Assembly: GCF_009914755.1 (NCBI RefSeq)
Contig: NC_060935.1
Source: the human T2T-CHM13v2.0 reference genome, Homo sapiens
Strand: one strand, 5' to 3'
Length of the DNA: 64,000 nucleotides
The notes below the pieces were generated by a model. It did not search any database and was not told the origin of the DNA. It saw nothing but the letters and a program-made list of their open reading frames with translations. Position numbers and translations under genes: made by a program. This document shows, piece by piece, positions 12,001 to 24,975 of this stretch (positions are counted from its first letter, which is position 1; every line of letters starts with the position of its first letter).

Positions 12001-15000
12001 CTAAAGGAAAGACTCTGGACATCATCTAATGTAATTTGGCAGATTATTTCCAATACTTGATCAGCTTGCACGCAAATATGAACAAAAATCTATCCCTTGG
12101 CTGGATCTGTAATACTCTACCTTATAGCATTTACCTACTGAAGGAAAAATTATACAGTGTAAGAAATGTTTATGTAAATATCTTTGAAACATTTGGAAAA
12201 GAGTACTGCATATTAATTCATGTCCTTTGAAAAATTATATCAAGAACCTAAACATGTAACCTAAATATGTAACTTTAGACATCTAAACAGGTTACCCACA
12301 AATATCAGCTACTCTCCTTTCTTCCAGTATAGTTTGATATTCTACCTTACAACATTTTGTCATTGAAGACAAAATGATATATTGTAAGCACCTTTTCACA
12401 AAAGTACAAATAAATCCCACAGAATCATAAAATTTCAGAGCTAAATAGTACCTTAGAAATCATCTGCTTGATGATGGATTATTTAAATCCCAAACTAAAG
12501 ATCTGGATAAACATTTGCCAAATGTGGGCATGCAAGCGACATTCGCATTTGGCATAGCTGTCTGCATTCTCTACTGGTGACAAATTGTAGTGTAAAAAGA
12601 GGGAAAGGATCCAAACCAAACTGTAGCTGAGGCTTGACATGTCTCTGAGAGGGCACATATGCCTTCTCATGTTTAAAAGCAAAATCCCTTCAGATGATGC
12701 AGGTAGAATAAGGAGAAAGAAGAGCAGCCCCTGTCTCCCGCCACACATCCCCCATCAGTTCCAACTTGGAGCTATTAAGAAAAAGGGACTCTGGAAAGAC
12801 TCTTACGTGCATGCCAAGAATAAGTCATCTCTGCACTCAGAGAAACCCCACTTTCAGACAACCTTGAAATGTGGTTTTCACGGAGGGAGGGCATGAAAAA
12901 TAATATGCTTCTATAAAACATCCCTTTTTGAGAGTAAAAATGTAAAGAAATATATAATTCATGAATATGAGTCTGTTGTGAAACCATAGATTACAAGGTC
13001 CTTAATGACTGTTTTTGTTTTCTTCCTGGTACTGACTTTGTACTTATTAGACTCTAAGTAAATATTAGCTGAATTAAAATGAAAAAAAATATATTCTTAC
13101 CTTCTCTTTTCATTGTGTTTAGACAGAGGAAATAGAAAACTAATCTCACCTCAACTTTACAATTAGTTCTTACCTGAGAGGAGCTTTAGCTATCTAGGCT
13201 TTTGCCCAGATATTTCCAAAGGCATAAATGTGTAACTATAAATGCCTAACAAATGACAAGGGCAGTTCCGAAACTGTAGCAGAAAACACCATCTATAAGG
13301 TTGCCAGTTGGTAACACAAATATTTCTGAACCACCTACAGTTTAACTTAATTATGTTTTCCACAGTAGGGTTACTTGCTCCTGGAAGGACAGAATGCATG
13401 AGGCTGAAGTTGCTTAATAAATGGTGTTATCTGGAGATGTGTACATTTCCAAAGCCCAGCCCCAGCTTGCAAGCTTGAAATCAGCACTCTGACCAATACA
13501 TAAAAGACACTGCACACTGCTTACCACCTCACACAGGTGTTCAGGCTTAAAGTCTGACATAAGAGATTAAGAAGGCAAGTTGGTGAAAAATACAGCTTCT
13601 GGAAGCTATAAGTAGACCCAGAGATGGACCCAGGGATCTTAGAAATCATACGTGAAACTTTGAGAAGGAAGTTGCCCTTGACTACCACAACTGAGGTTTG
13701 GAGTAAGAGTTCAAAACTGCAAAGAATGATAAGCAAAGGGAAAAGCATTGTTCTCACTGCTTTTCTGTTCTCTCCTTGATTGTCATGCATTTCAATGGCA
13801 TCCAGATGTTCTATTATTTTAGCTACCAACTTGGGAAATTACATTGTAGTTACTTTCAAAGTTGTCAGAACACTAAACTCAACAATGACAGTTTATAACC
13901 CATTTTCTCTAAAGTGCTCAATTTTTTTTCTTAACCCTGATGGGCTGGCATTTAAATAAAGTAAGCCAGGATTCTGAAACTCAATTAGTTTCTGGATATG
14001 CAAAGTTATTCTTTGTGCTCATCCACATGCATATTGGTTCTTACATCTTGGGTACCCTGTACTTTAATTTTTTCTCTATTTGTATCTAGATTTGTTTAAA
14101 AATAGGAAATTCACTTCATGCTTTAACTTTCAATAGTTTTCAGTCTTTAAAACTAAACTATTTAAATTCTTTTGGCTTTCAAATTTGCATTTTTCAGAAA
14201 ATTGAAGGCTAGTTAAAAAGACCAATATTATTAAATTTGAAAATGCGTATTTTCCCAGTTGAATCAAAAACATAATAGTATGTATATCATATTTTACAAC
14301 TGATTTCTTTAAGATTTCCCAGAAAACTCAGTTCATAATTTTCTGTTGCAAAGGGATGAAGTTCTCTTCAGTTTAATGCCTGCAGCATTCTTATGGTAAT
14401 TTTGAAATTGGGAGACTTGGTCACATTCATAAATGGTAACTGTAGAAAACTGACTACCTTCAAATCAAATAAAAGCATAAAGAACCTTGAGGATACTTTT
14501 GAAAAGAGGAGACTCTCTAACAAGTCTAGTTACAGCGTCTATTCCTAGGGCAGATGAATGAGAGAGTTCTTATAAGACTACTGCTGTGGTTTCTTTTTCT
14601 TTATTTTTTTTATAGACTGTTTGTATTATCTGTCTGTACAGTACTTAGCACCCTGTTGAACTCAATAAATATGCAGTGGTGATAATATTGCTCCGAATTC
14701 ACTTAGCACTTTCACATCTTTTGAGTGTCACAATGTTCTGCCTACTAGGTGCAGGGAATTTTAATTTAATGCTCATTCTGAGGCTTAAAGCTTGGAAGTG
14801 CAATGACCCATGTAAGATAATCCTCCACTCCAGTAGCACATTTTTGGAGCAAAGCCATTAGGTTGTACAAGAATTCATTAAAAAGCAGAAAAACTGTACT
14901 TCCCACACTAAAACACTGATGAGGCTCAGTACACTGTTGTTTCTAATCTCTACCCTGGAAGCCATCCACATCATATTCCCCCAAAGCACAAAAAAGGAAA

Positions 15001-15269
15001 AAAAAAATTTGAAAACTATGATGATTAAACAGTTCTGACCAACCTCAATCAAACTTTGATCCATGGCAGAAATTAGGAAAGAAATCAAAAGGTCCTGGAA
15101 CAAGTTCTTCATCAGAACAATACAGTTTGTCCCTCAACCTAATTCAGCTATTACTAGATTGTGGAATACCTAGCAGTTTCCACGTATTTTCTCCTATGAA
15201 GTTGCATTTTTCTCTTGGCTTTTTAGAAACTATCTACAGGTAGTTTTAATACCAATAAAATCAATGGTA

Positions 15270-15355
15270 TCTTTAGCACTAACACAGTTTCTAGCATCTA
15301 ATAAGCACCCTGGAACTATTTAGTTGAATGAATGAATGAATGAATGAGTGAATGA
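15270..15355 (+). mobile_element. L2 3' end with (TGAA)n tail
   Basis: tttagttgaatgaatgaatgaatgaatgagtgaatga. Confidence 0.6.
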
Positions 15356-15611
15356 TCCATGAAGGGAAATACCAAATTGTTCTGAAAACCCTGGTCTCGG
15401 TTATTTTATTGCTTCATTAAAAAGAAAAGACTGTTGGGGTTACCTGACAGAATCTTTAACTTTTTAAAACATTCCAGTAGTTTATGGGGTATGGGTTGTT
15501 TTTTGTTACATGGATTTGGGACTTATGAGGACAACTAGCCTCCTCCAAAAAAAAAAAGACTAAAAGTTATCATAAATGTAATAAATGTTCTGGGAATATT
15601 AAAATTAAATT

Positions 15612-15927
15612 GGCCGGGTGCGTTGGCTCACACCTGTAATCCCAGCACTTTGGGAGGCCGAGGTAGGCGGATCATGAGGTCAGGAGATCGAGACCATCCT
15701 GGCTAACACGGTGAAAGCCCGTCTCCACTAAAAAAAAAAAAAAAAAATAGCTGGGTGTGGTGGCAGGAGCCTGTAGTCCCAGCTACTCAGGAGGCTGAGG
15801 CAGGAGAATGGTGTGAACCCGGGAGGCAGAGCTTGCAGTGAACCAAGATCGCACCACTGCACTGCAGCCTGGGTGACAGTGCAAGACTCTGTCTCAAAAA
15901 AATAAAAAAATAAATAAAAATAAAAAA
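15612..15927 (+). mobile_element. AluY
   Basis: Full dimer with AluY diagnostics (gagatcgagaccatcctggctaacacgg, agaatggtgtgaacc, gagcttgcagtg) and an A-rich tail. Confidence 0.93.
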
Positions 15928-16199
15928 TTAATTAATTAATGTTAAATTGATATAAATTATCACTCATGAGAATACACAGATATTTGGTGTGAGATTTAAT
16001 TGACAGTCCACAATTGATAATTAACCATAAACACACTCATGTATGTGCATGCACACACACATACACACACACGTACTTCCAGCATATAAAACATAATTAT
16101 ACCCAAAGTTACCCTAACACAGTTGAGGATACCAGAATAACACAGGTGAAGTACTTATGAACTGTAGGACAGCACATGATAAAATTTTATACCCAACTT

Positions 16200-16740
16200 T
16201 GAGAAACAACTTGTATGTGCTATAAAGTTAATGGCTGCACTTATCAGGGAGGACTTCACAGAAGAGGGGAGACTTGACCTGGGCCTTGGATAAGAAGAAG
16301 ATCAACGTAAAAGAAGAGAACACTGATGATTCAAGCAGAAGATATAAAGAGGGATGCATATGGCACCCTTGGGAGACTATGACAGGAGTAGCCTACCTGC
16401 CAGTGGAAGTAGGAATTGGAGAGCAGTAGAGGAGGGAAATTGAAGTAGTTTCGACTAGATACTTGATGAAATACAGAACCATAAAAGGTTTTTGAGCAGG
16501 ATGGTGGCATGATCAACGTCATATACAAAGACAGTTTATCTGGGAAAAGAGGACTTTGGAGTTAGAAGGAGTCTGGGATCAGACCAGCTGGTTAAGAGGA
16601 GGCAGATCGAGGTGTGAGGGGATTGCTATCCAACTGCAGGTAGTGGTAGCAGTAAGATAAAAGATACCTGGATAAATGGGCAAAACTCAGTGATTGAATA
16701 GGAAGGAGTGAAGGAAGGAACAAGGATAGTTCTTCCTCAT
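16200..16740 (-). mobile_element. L2 fragment
   Basis: Purine-rich antisense L2 hallmarks (cagggaggacttcacagaagagg, ggtttttgagcaggatggtggcatgatc). Confidence 0.55.
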
Positions 16741-17404
16741 GGATGTCAGAAGCTGGTGTTCAGTAGCAGGCATGTATAGACATCATAAGTTTGGTTGGCT
16801 TCATTTGTGTTTCTTCCCTTTAAATGAAGTGAGGTGGTCATCCTGCTAGCAACTGACTGCCTAATTAGCTCTTTCTCATTCGCCATCAGTATATGAGCTG
16901 AGGACTGATCTACTCTTGACTTGTGCTTTGAGTTTCCAGTGCAGAAAAAAAAAAGGCTTCCATAAGAGTTTTCTGGAAAAAAATATACAAAAATTATCTT
17001 TTTACTTTTACAGAAAATTTGCATATATCTTAGTTTTACTCATTTCCATAAGGTTCTTAACTCTGCCTGTTGAAGTAATCACTATGGCAACTGCAGTGTT
17101 TCTGGCACAGGTGAGTTGGACTTAGGGTCCATATATTTTAATTTTCTTTTTACTTGCATGTGTACTTGGGGTTGACATGAAGGATTAGGCAATTCACTCA
17201 CCAGGGTCACTTTGATGAATACATCATCCCAGCCTAATTGCTATGATGTAGAAATGGAATCTAAAGAGAGATTCATTTGGGAAAAGGAGGGAGGTTTCCC
17301 TTTATGATTGTAGTAGAGATTTAATGTTGTTACAGTGAATAACAACTGATAGAACATTTGCATAGCTGGAAGAAACCCATTGTTGCAGGATGATGTTAAG
17401 CCAT

Positions 17405-17650
17405 ATTGGTGGAAAGAGGCTGGGTGTAGGTTCAGGCAGACCAAGGTTTGAATCAAGATTCTGCCATATATTTGCTGAATGATCTAGAGCAAATTCTTAC
17501 TCTGTGATAGTCTCAGTATCCTCAATTGTAAAATGAAGATAATAACAACCACCTTATCGGGTTGTTTTATGTGTTGTGTAGAAAGCATGTGTGGAGAGAC
17601 TAACAGAATGTCTTGCGTACAGTAATATATCAACTGTATCAACTGTTAGT
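17405..17650 (+). mobile_element. MIR SINE
   Basis: ggtttgaatc...tctcagtatcctcaattgtaaaatgaagataataa. Confidence 0.75.
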
Positions 17651-18429
17651 TTCCTTCTTCACGTCAAAAAATCCTCCATGTTTCTTTGTCCCCAGTACCT
17701 AGCACAGTTTCAACATATTCAATAACTATTTTGCTCAATAGATGCAAATGCAGAAGGGCATTTTGAGGACTAGGAAAAGTAGCAATATCCCTTGTTAAAT
17801 AGACATGTTTGCTTTCCAATGGGGGTCCTAATTCAGCGCTTCAGCTAAAGGGCATATATACAATTGTGGGTGTGTGCATTGTACTTCCAAAGATGAGCAG
17901 TTGTATCCTCTCACAGCTCTGTCAGGAAGCTCATCATGACTCACCCTCCTACAGATCAGGTGGTTAATTATGTTATTAAACTGTCAGAATTATCCAGAAT
18001 GGCTTTGTCATCCACCTGACAAGAGACCTCAGTTTGATACCACTGTGTTCAAATGGCTGAAAAATGTGAATGTGTTGTGAGATAATGTATGAACATATAT
18101 GGAAGATTTTTTTCAAAATGTTTTATGCAAGATTTTTTTCCTTTAATTCCTGTGCTTTAGCTATTACATTGTTCTTAACTTAAAATTGATTTTAGTTCAC
18201 TTCTACAGCTATCTTTCAGAGCCTAAGATATGCAGGTTCTGTGGTCAATGTGATGGGGACAAAGATGAGTAAGATTTGGCTCATTGGGACCACAACCCTC
18301 ACTTCTTAAAAAAGAAGAGAAGACCTTCATCAGAATAAAAATCACCAGCCATGATCTTTATTATGATATTTTTACTCATCGTGAAATGAGTAAACTGGAT
18401 GGTAGCAAGCTAGATTCAGCTAAATAGTC

Positions 18430-18645
18430 ATGGTGGATTGCAAAAAATGGCCACAAATTCTTGCAACTCTTTCTTTCAAGAGCTGGAGGCTATTTCCATG
18501 CCCCCTTGGGTCTGGGCTGGCTTGGTGACTTGCTGTGACCAGTAGCTTATAGTAGAAGTGATGCCGAACTTTCAGAAGCTCAGCCCCAAGAGACCTGGCT
18601 TCTCTTCTTATTGTGCCTATAATCCTGAGACATTGACCAGTTTTC
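18430..18645 (+). mobile_element. MLT1G/H-like LTR, 5' part
   Basis: aaaaatggccacaaattctt...gggtctgggctggcttggtgacttgct...agaagtga. Confidence 0.65.
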
Positions 18646-19049
18646 ATGATGTGGTCACTCCCTAGTGGCAAGATAGACCCTTCAACTAAACTTTGGTTGG
18701 AAAGTCAAGACCATGATGCCACACACACACCAAAAGTATATGTAAAGGTTTATTACTTGCATATGAGCTTTCTGGGGAGAACAGGGTGGGCTTCCAAACT
18801 GGTCCACAAATGGCTTCTGAAAGTAGGAAATGGAGATGAGCTTGGGGTTATATGGTGGGTGGGGGTAGGACTAGGTGAGGGTTCCTGCGCTCAAGCTGGG
18901 GTCCACGTGGTTTGACCTTCCAGCTAGCACCAAAGGAGGAAGTACCTGGGGTTTCTTAATGTGCCCACATGTGGAGCAGACAGGGACAGGATTGTGATGG
19001 GACAGAAGGCTGTCAGCAGTCAAAATGAAAAATGGCATCAATCTTGTTA

Positions 19050-19258
19050 TTACTCTTTCTTACTAGTGTCTTCCTAGTATATAGCATCTGAAATTATTAT
19101 TTAAAAATATTTATTCTTTATTTCTCTACCCTCTCCATCCTCTACAGTAAGCTCAGTAATGACTGAAACCAAGCATACATTGTTCTCCTCCAAATCTCTG
19201 GCTTCTAGATTAGTGTTTGGTACATAGAAAGTGATCAGTAAATATATATGAATGAATT
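19050..19258 (+). mobile_element. L2 3' end
   Basis: gtaagctc...tagtgtttggtacatagaaagtgatcagtaaatatatatgaatgaat. Confidence 0.6.
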
Positions 19259-19863
19259 TCTACAAGTGAACATTAGTTTTGCTGTATCCAGTCCTGATGC
19301 TTACAGTCTCATTACAGAATGAATGCACTCTAAGTCTAATGATCTTGAGTTTTTAATCCTAATAATCTTAAATTTTAATGACCTGCTCTGCATCTCCTAA
19401 CAGTTGATACCTCTAAAGAAACGGGTAAGAAATGTTAGCCTTTGGTTCTTCTCTATGCTTTGAGCTATGTCCTTGTATCAAGTCCCATCACCAGAACACC
19501 ATGTACCTGGATTAGGTTTCTCCAGCTTTCCATGGAAATATTTTTACAGTATTAGGTTCCTGATATTTATTGAAGCTATAGTACACAGCCATATACACCT
19601 ATCTCTGAATATTTTATAAAGGTACTGCTCAGCACATGGCTATCTATTTTAGTCACTGTTTCCTAGGACAGACCCATGCAGCAGGCATCTCAGAGTTTAG
19701 AGCTGGGCCAGTTAGCATTTCCTCCTCTATTAGATGAGGAGTTCAGCCAACTTATAGAAGGAAACTGTTGTGTTAAACTGTAGGAGGTTCCCTTACCCTA
19801 GATTTTCTCACATTATTATCTACCAGTTCTTGTCTTTTTATCTTTCTTTTAATTTTATATGTA

Positions 19864-20204
19864 TAGTCGTCTCTCAATATCCGTGGAGGATTGGTTCCAA
19901 GAACCCCCTCAGATACCAAAATCAATGTATACTCAAGTCCCTTACATAAAATGATGTAGTATTTGCATATAAACTATGAACTATGAAACCTGTATTCTTT
20001 AAGTCATCTGTAGATTACTGATAATACCTAATACAGTGTAAATACCATGTAAATAGTTTTTATACTATATTACTTAGGAAACAAAGACAAGAAAAAACAG
20101 TCTGTACATACATGTTCAGTACAGATGTTTTTTTCTTCTCCAAATATTTTTTATCCAAGTTTGGTTGAATCCAGGACACAGAACCCATGGATACAGGAGA
20201 ACCA

Positions 20205-20208
<4 letters not shown>
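19864..20208 (+). mobile_element. MER2 (TcMar-Tigger MITE)
   Basis: TA then tagtcgtctctcaatatccgtggaggattggttcc ... gaacccatggatacaggagaaccaact; matches recalled MER2 along its length. Confidence 0.85.

Positions 20209-20258
<50 letters not shown>
20209..20258. repeat. (TG)25 microsatellite
   Basis: Perfect dinucleotide run. Confidence 0.97.
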
Positions 20259-20262
<4 letters not shown>

Positions 20263-21425
20263 ATTTTCTGTAAATCTCCACAAACTTTCTTTGTAAGTAG
20301 ATATGGTATTAATAATTAATAAATGGATGCTTGCACACTGGAAAATATTCAAGTAAGACTGTTCCGTTGCCCTTCCCCTGTTTGGGGAAACCTGGTGTTT
20401 GGGAAAAAGCAAGGAGTAATGCTGTCTGGTTGCTCCAGCAGAAGTGGCGTGTTCTTTACCTTTATGTCTCCTGTAGCACGTTTAAAGGGATCAAGAAATG
20501 TTTGTCACATTAAACTTCCTGGATTTTTTTCTATACCACAGGGGCAGGGGCTTGATTAACGTCATTTATGACCGGAACTCATAGGATATAGGGATCTAGA
20601 ATTTGAAATACATCTGCTTTCCAGAGATATCCTGAAGGATCTTTTTAAAGTAGAGTAAGAGGTTGATTTTCATCTATATTTTCTCCTTAACATAGTGCCT
20701 AACCCTGAGGCTTTAAGCACTGCTGTGGAATAATTACCAATTGATCTTCACGAGCACTTTAATATCTTTGAATCTCTGGGATTGATTCTCTTCTTTTACC
20801 TAAAGCTTGATACAGTAAAAATGAAACAATAAGTCATTGCTAATACCATTGCTTTAGTCTATAATTTAAAATGCTTTAAAAATATAATTAGGTTAACCTT
20901 TTCTCAGGGAATAGATGGATACACATAAAGAGAGCTACATAGTTCGTTTCTATAAAATGAATCTGTTTTCCTGCCATTTTTGCCATACAGTTGGAGATGT
21001 GCTTTCATTGAAAAACATGTCTTAACATAGTGAACTGTTTAGCATTTGGTGAAGGACTTTTGACAGTATTCCACATTGGACGAAAGTGTGGTGAAAAGTG
21101 TTTTCTAACACTTTTAGAAATGTGCCACGTACCCTCAACTGTTTTCATTTATCTTTCTCCTCATCCTTATTTCCAGATTTCATGCTGCAGTTTCTGTAAT
21201 TTAACTCTTCTTCATCTTTTCTAATAGCAATTTGAAGTGTAGCCATCTAAATTTGCTTGTTTTCATTTTTAAAAATGACTTATTATTAAACTATACCTGT
21301 GCTTCAAATTCAAAATATGGTAAATAAGGTCCCTTAATGTAAATGATATTTGAACTCAGTGTTTTTTATCCCTTTAGGATTTTTGTGTGATAGTCCAGGA
21401 TTCCAAATGTTATAGCATTCATTTC

Positions 21426-21633
21426 TTTTGTTTTTCAACTTTTATTTAAGTTCAGTGGTACATGTGCAGGATGTTACATAGGTAAACATGTGCCATGGTG
21501 GTTTATTGCACACATCATCCCATCACCCAGGTATTAAGCCCAGCAGCCATCAGATATTCTTCTTGATGTTCTCCCTCCCCCAATCCCTACAACAGGTGCC
21601 CAGTGTGTATTGTCCCCCAATACCATGTGTCCA
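21426..21633 (-). mobile_element. L1PA/L1PB-type 3' end, 5'-truncated
   Basis: T-rich tail then ggtacatgtgcagg...catcccatcacccaggtattaagccc; flanked by atagcat-like repeats. Confidence 0.85.
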
Positions 21634-21789
21634 ATAGCATGTTTGTTTAGCAACAATGTACACTGCCTGTGTTGCAATATGGCAAATCAGGATAATGCAA
21701 GAAATAGGTTATTATAAAATTAAATGAAAGGTTAAAGGGCCTTATTAGCTATTAGTAATAGAAAAAATGAAGTGAAAATCTGTGTCCTC

Positions 21790-21935
21790 TGAGGATATTG
21801 AAAATATTCTAAAATTTGATTATCATGGTGTGAGTGCCCAACTCTGTAAATATATAAAAACAATTTAATTGTACACATTAAACAGGTGAACTTTATGGTA
21901 TATAAATTGTATCTCAGTAAAGCTAATTTTTTTAA
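21790..21935 (+). mobile_element. Old L1M 3' end
   Basis: aattgtacacattaaacaggtgaactttatggtatataaattgtatctcagtaaagct. Confidence 0.65.
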
Positions 21936-22158
21936 ACAGCTCTGTCCTGGTGAAGGAATGAAATAATGGATTAATTTACATACACTTACATAAACAATAA
22001 TGATCCTAATAAATCCTCAGTTGAAACAAATTGCAATTGCAATATTAAAGGCGCAAACCTCAACTGCCTAAGGAATTTTTCTAAAAGTCAAATCTTGTCT
22101 GTGGCTGTGGGTGCATCTTATGAGATACAAATGTTGTATCCTTGATGCTCATGCCAAT

Positions 22159-24412
22159 TGTATTAAGTCCATTTTCATGCTGCTGATAAAGACATAACTG
22201 AGACTGGGCAATTTACAAAAGAAAGAGATTTACTGGACTCACAGTTCCATGTGGCAGGAGAGACCTCACAATCATGGCAGAAGATGAAAGGCATATCTTA
22301 TGTGCCAGCAGACAAGAGAAGTGAGCTTGTGCAGGGAAACTCCTCTTTTTAAAACAATCAGATCCCATGAAACTTATTCACTATTATGAGAACAGCACAG
22401 GAAAAACCCACCTCCATGATTTAAGTACCTCCCACTGGATCCCTCACACAACACGTGGGAATTCAATATGAGATTTGGGTGGGGACAGGGCCAAACCATA
22501 TCATTCTCCCCTGGCCCCTCCCAAATCTCACATTTCAAAACCAATTATGACTTCTCAACAGTCCCCCAAAGTCAACTCATTTCAGCATTAACTCAAAAGT
22601 CCACAGTCCAAGGTCTCATCTGAAACAAAGCAAGTCCCTTCCACCTATGAGCCTGTAAAATCAAAAACAAATTAGTTACTTTCTAGATATAATGGCAGTA
22701 TACCCATTGGGTAAATACAGCCATTCCAAATGGGAGAAATTGGCCAAAACAAAGGGGTTACAGGCCCCCTGCAAGTCCAGAATCCAGTGGAACAGTCAAA
22801 TCTTAAAGCTCCAAAATGATCTCCTTTGACTCCATGTCTCATATCCAGGTCATGCTGATACAAGGGGTGGGCTCCCATGGCCCTGGGCAGCTCTGCCTCT
22901 GTGGCTTTGCAGGGTACAGCCTCCCTCCAAGCTGCTTTTATGGGCTGGCATTGAGTATCTGCAGCTTTTCCAGACACACAGTGCAAGCTGTCAGTGGATC
23001 TACCATTCTGGGGCCTGGAGAACAGTGGCCCTCTTCTCACAGCTCCACTAGGTGGTACCCCAGTAGGGACTGTGTGGTGGCTCTGACCTCACATTTCCCT
23101 TTCACACTGCCCTAGCAGAGGTTCTCCATGAGAGCCCCACCCCTGCAGCAAACTTCTGCCTGGACACCCAGGCATTTCTCTATATCTTCTGAAATCTAGG
23201 TGGATGTTCCCAAACCTCAATAATTTACTTCTGTGCACTCACAGGCTCAATACCACATGGAAGCTGCTAAGGCTTGGGGCTTGCACCCTCTGAAGCCATG
23301 GCCTGAGCTCTATGTTGGCCCCTTTCAGCCATGGCTAGGGTGGCTAGGATGCAAGACACCAAGTCCCTAGGCTGCACACAGCATGGGGACCCTGGGCCTG
23401 GCCTACGAAAACATCTTTTCCTCCTAGTTCTCTGGGCCTGTGATGGGGGAGGGACTGCCTTGAAGACCTCTGACATGCCCTGGTGATATTTTCCCCATTA
23501 CCTTGGGGATTAACATTCAGCTCCTTGTTGCTTGTGCAAATTTCTGCAGACGGCTTGAATTTCTCCTCAGAAAATGGGATTTTCTTTTCTATTGCATTGT
23601 CAAGCTGCAAATTTTCCAAACTTTTATGCTGTTTCCCTTATAAAACTGAATGCCTTTAACAGCATCCAAGTCACCTCTTGAACGTTTTGCTGCTTAGTAA
23701 TTTCTTCCACCAGATACCCTAAATCATCTCTCTCAAGTTCAAAGTTCCACATATCTTTAGGGCAGGGGCAAAATTCCACCAGACTCTTTGCTAAAACATA
23801 ACAAGAGTCACCTTTGCTCCAGTTGCCAACAAGTTCCTCATCTCCATCTCAGACCACTTCAGCCTGGATTTCATTGTCCATATTATTATTAGCATTTTTG
23901 TCAAAGCCATTAAACAAGTCTCTAGGAAGTTCCAAACTTTCCCATATTTTCCTGTCTTCTTCTGAGACCTCCAAATTGTTCCAACCTCTGCCTGTTAGCC
24001 AGTTCCAAATTCACTTCCACATTTTCAGGTATCTTTTCAGCAGGGCTTCACTCTCGGTACCAATTTACTGTATTAGTCTGTTTTCACACTGTTAATAAAA
24101 ACATACTCAAGACTGGGCAATTTACAAAAGAAAGAGGTTTATTGGACTTACAGTTTCACGTGGCTGGGGAGGCCTATCTATCATGGCAGAAGGTGAAAGG
24201 CACATCTTATGTGGTGGCAGACAAGAGAAGGGAGCTTGTGCAGGGAAACTCCCCTTTTTAAAACCATCAGATCCCATGAGACTTACTCACTATCACGAGA
24301 ACAGCACGGGAAAGACCAGCCCACATGATTCAAGTACCTCCCACCAGGTCCCTCCCACAACACGTGGGAATTCAAGATGAGATTTGGGTGGGGATGCAGC
24401 CAAACCATATCA
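22159..24412 (-). mobile_element. Full-length THE1A (ERVL-MaLR): LTR 22159-22503, internal 22504-24068, LTR 24069-24412
   Basis: Two ~345-bp direct LTRs (tgtatt...aaaccatatca), a THE1 internal region with a fragmented MaLR ORF, and a perfect 5-bp TSD CCAAT at 22154-22158 and 24413-24417. Confidence 0.93.
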
Positions 24413-24492
24413 CCAATCATCAGGTATTTATTGAGTTCCATTGTGATAGAGGCTGCTCTTGGAGAGTCAAAGGTATAAAATACAAAACCAGC

Positions 24493-24975
24493 TGTATTAC
24501 TTGCTATTGCTGTTTAACAAAACATAGTGGCTTAAAACAACACCATTTTATTTAGCTCACAGTGTTGTGGGTGGGTTGTTGGTGGGTTGTGTTGTTCTTG
24601 TCTGAGCTGGCTCAGCTGATCTCTGCTGGGATTTTTCAAGAAACTGTGGTGAACTGGTGAGAGGGCTAACTGGTGATCTAGGATAGACCCACTCACATGT
24701 CTGGCAGTTGGCAGGCTATCTTCTGAGGCACTTGGTTGTCCTCCATGTGGCCCCTCATCCTTTAGGTTGGCCACATAGTACTTTCAGGTTTCCAAGTACA
24801 GCAAGAGCAGCAACTATAAAACCTCTTGAGGTTCAGGATCTGGACTTGCACCATGTCACTTAGACTGTATTTTACTGGTCAAAGCAAGTTACTAAGCCAT
24901 CCCAGATTCAGAGGATAGGGAAATAAAATTCACCTATTGATAGGAGGAGCTGCAAGATTTGATGGATATTTTTAG
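24493..24975 (-). mobile_element. MLT1H-like solo LTR
   Basis: tattgctgtttaacaaaacatagtggcttaaaacaac...ttactggtcaaagcaagt...cccagattca...gataggaggagctgcaa. Confidence 0.75.

Noticed and set aside
15205-15245. 13-nt micro-exon (tttttag|aaactatctacag|gtagtt)
   Set aside because: Weak donor and frame-shifting length; expected by chance.
18648-19050. Possible ERV-type LTR following the MLT1 fragment
   Set aside because: Looks LTR-like but I could not match it to a family or define its ends.
19110-19153. Recursive splice site candidate (long pyrimidine tract + cagtaagc)
   Set aside because: The AG is not followed by GT (no AG|GT junction) and the site lies in an L2 remnant.
22672-23619. Short ORFs in the THE1A internal region
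   Set aside because: Frameshifted fragments of the MaLR ORF; ordinary decay.
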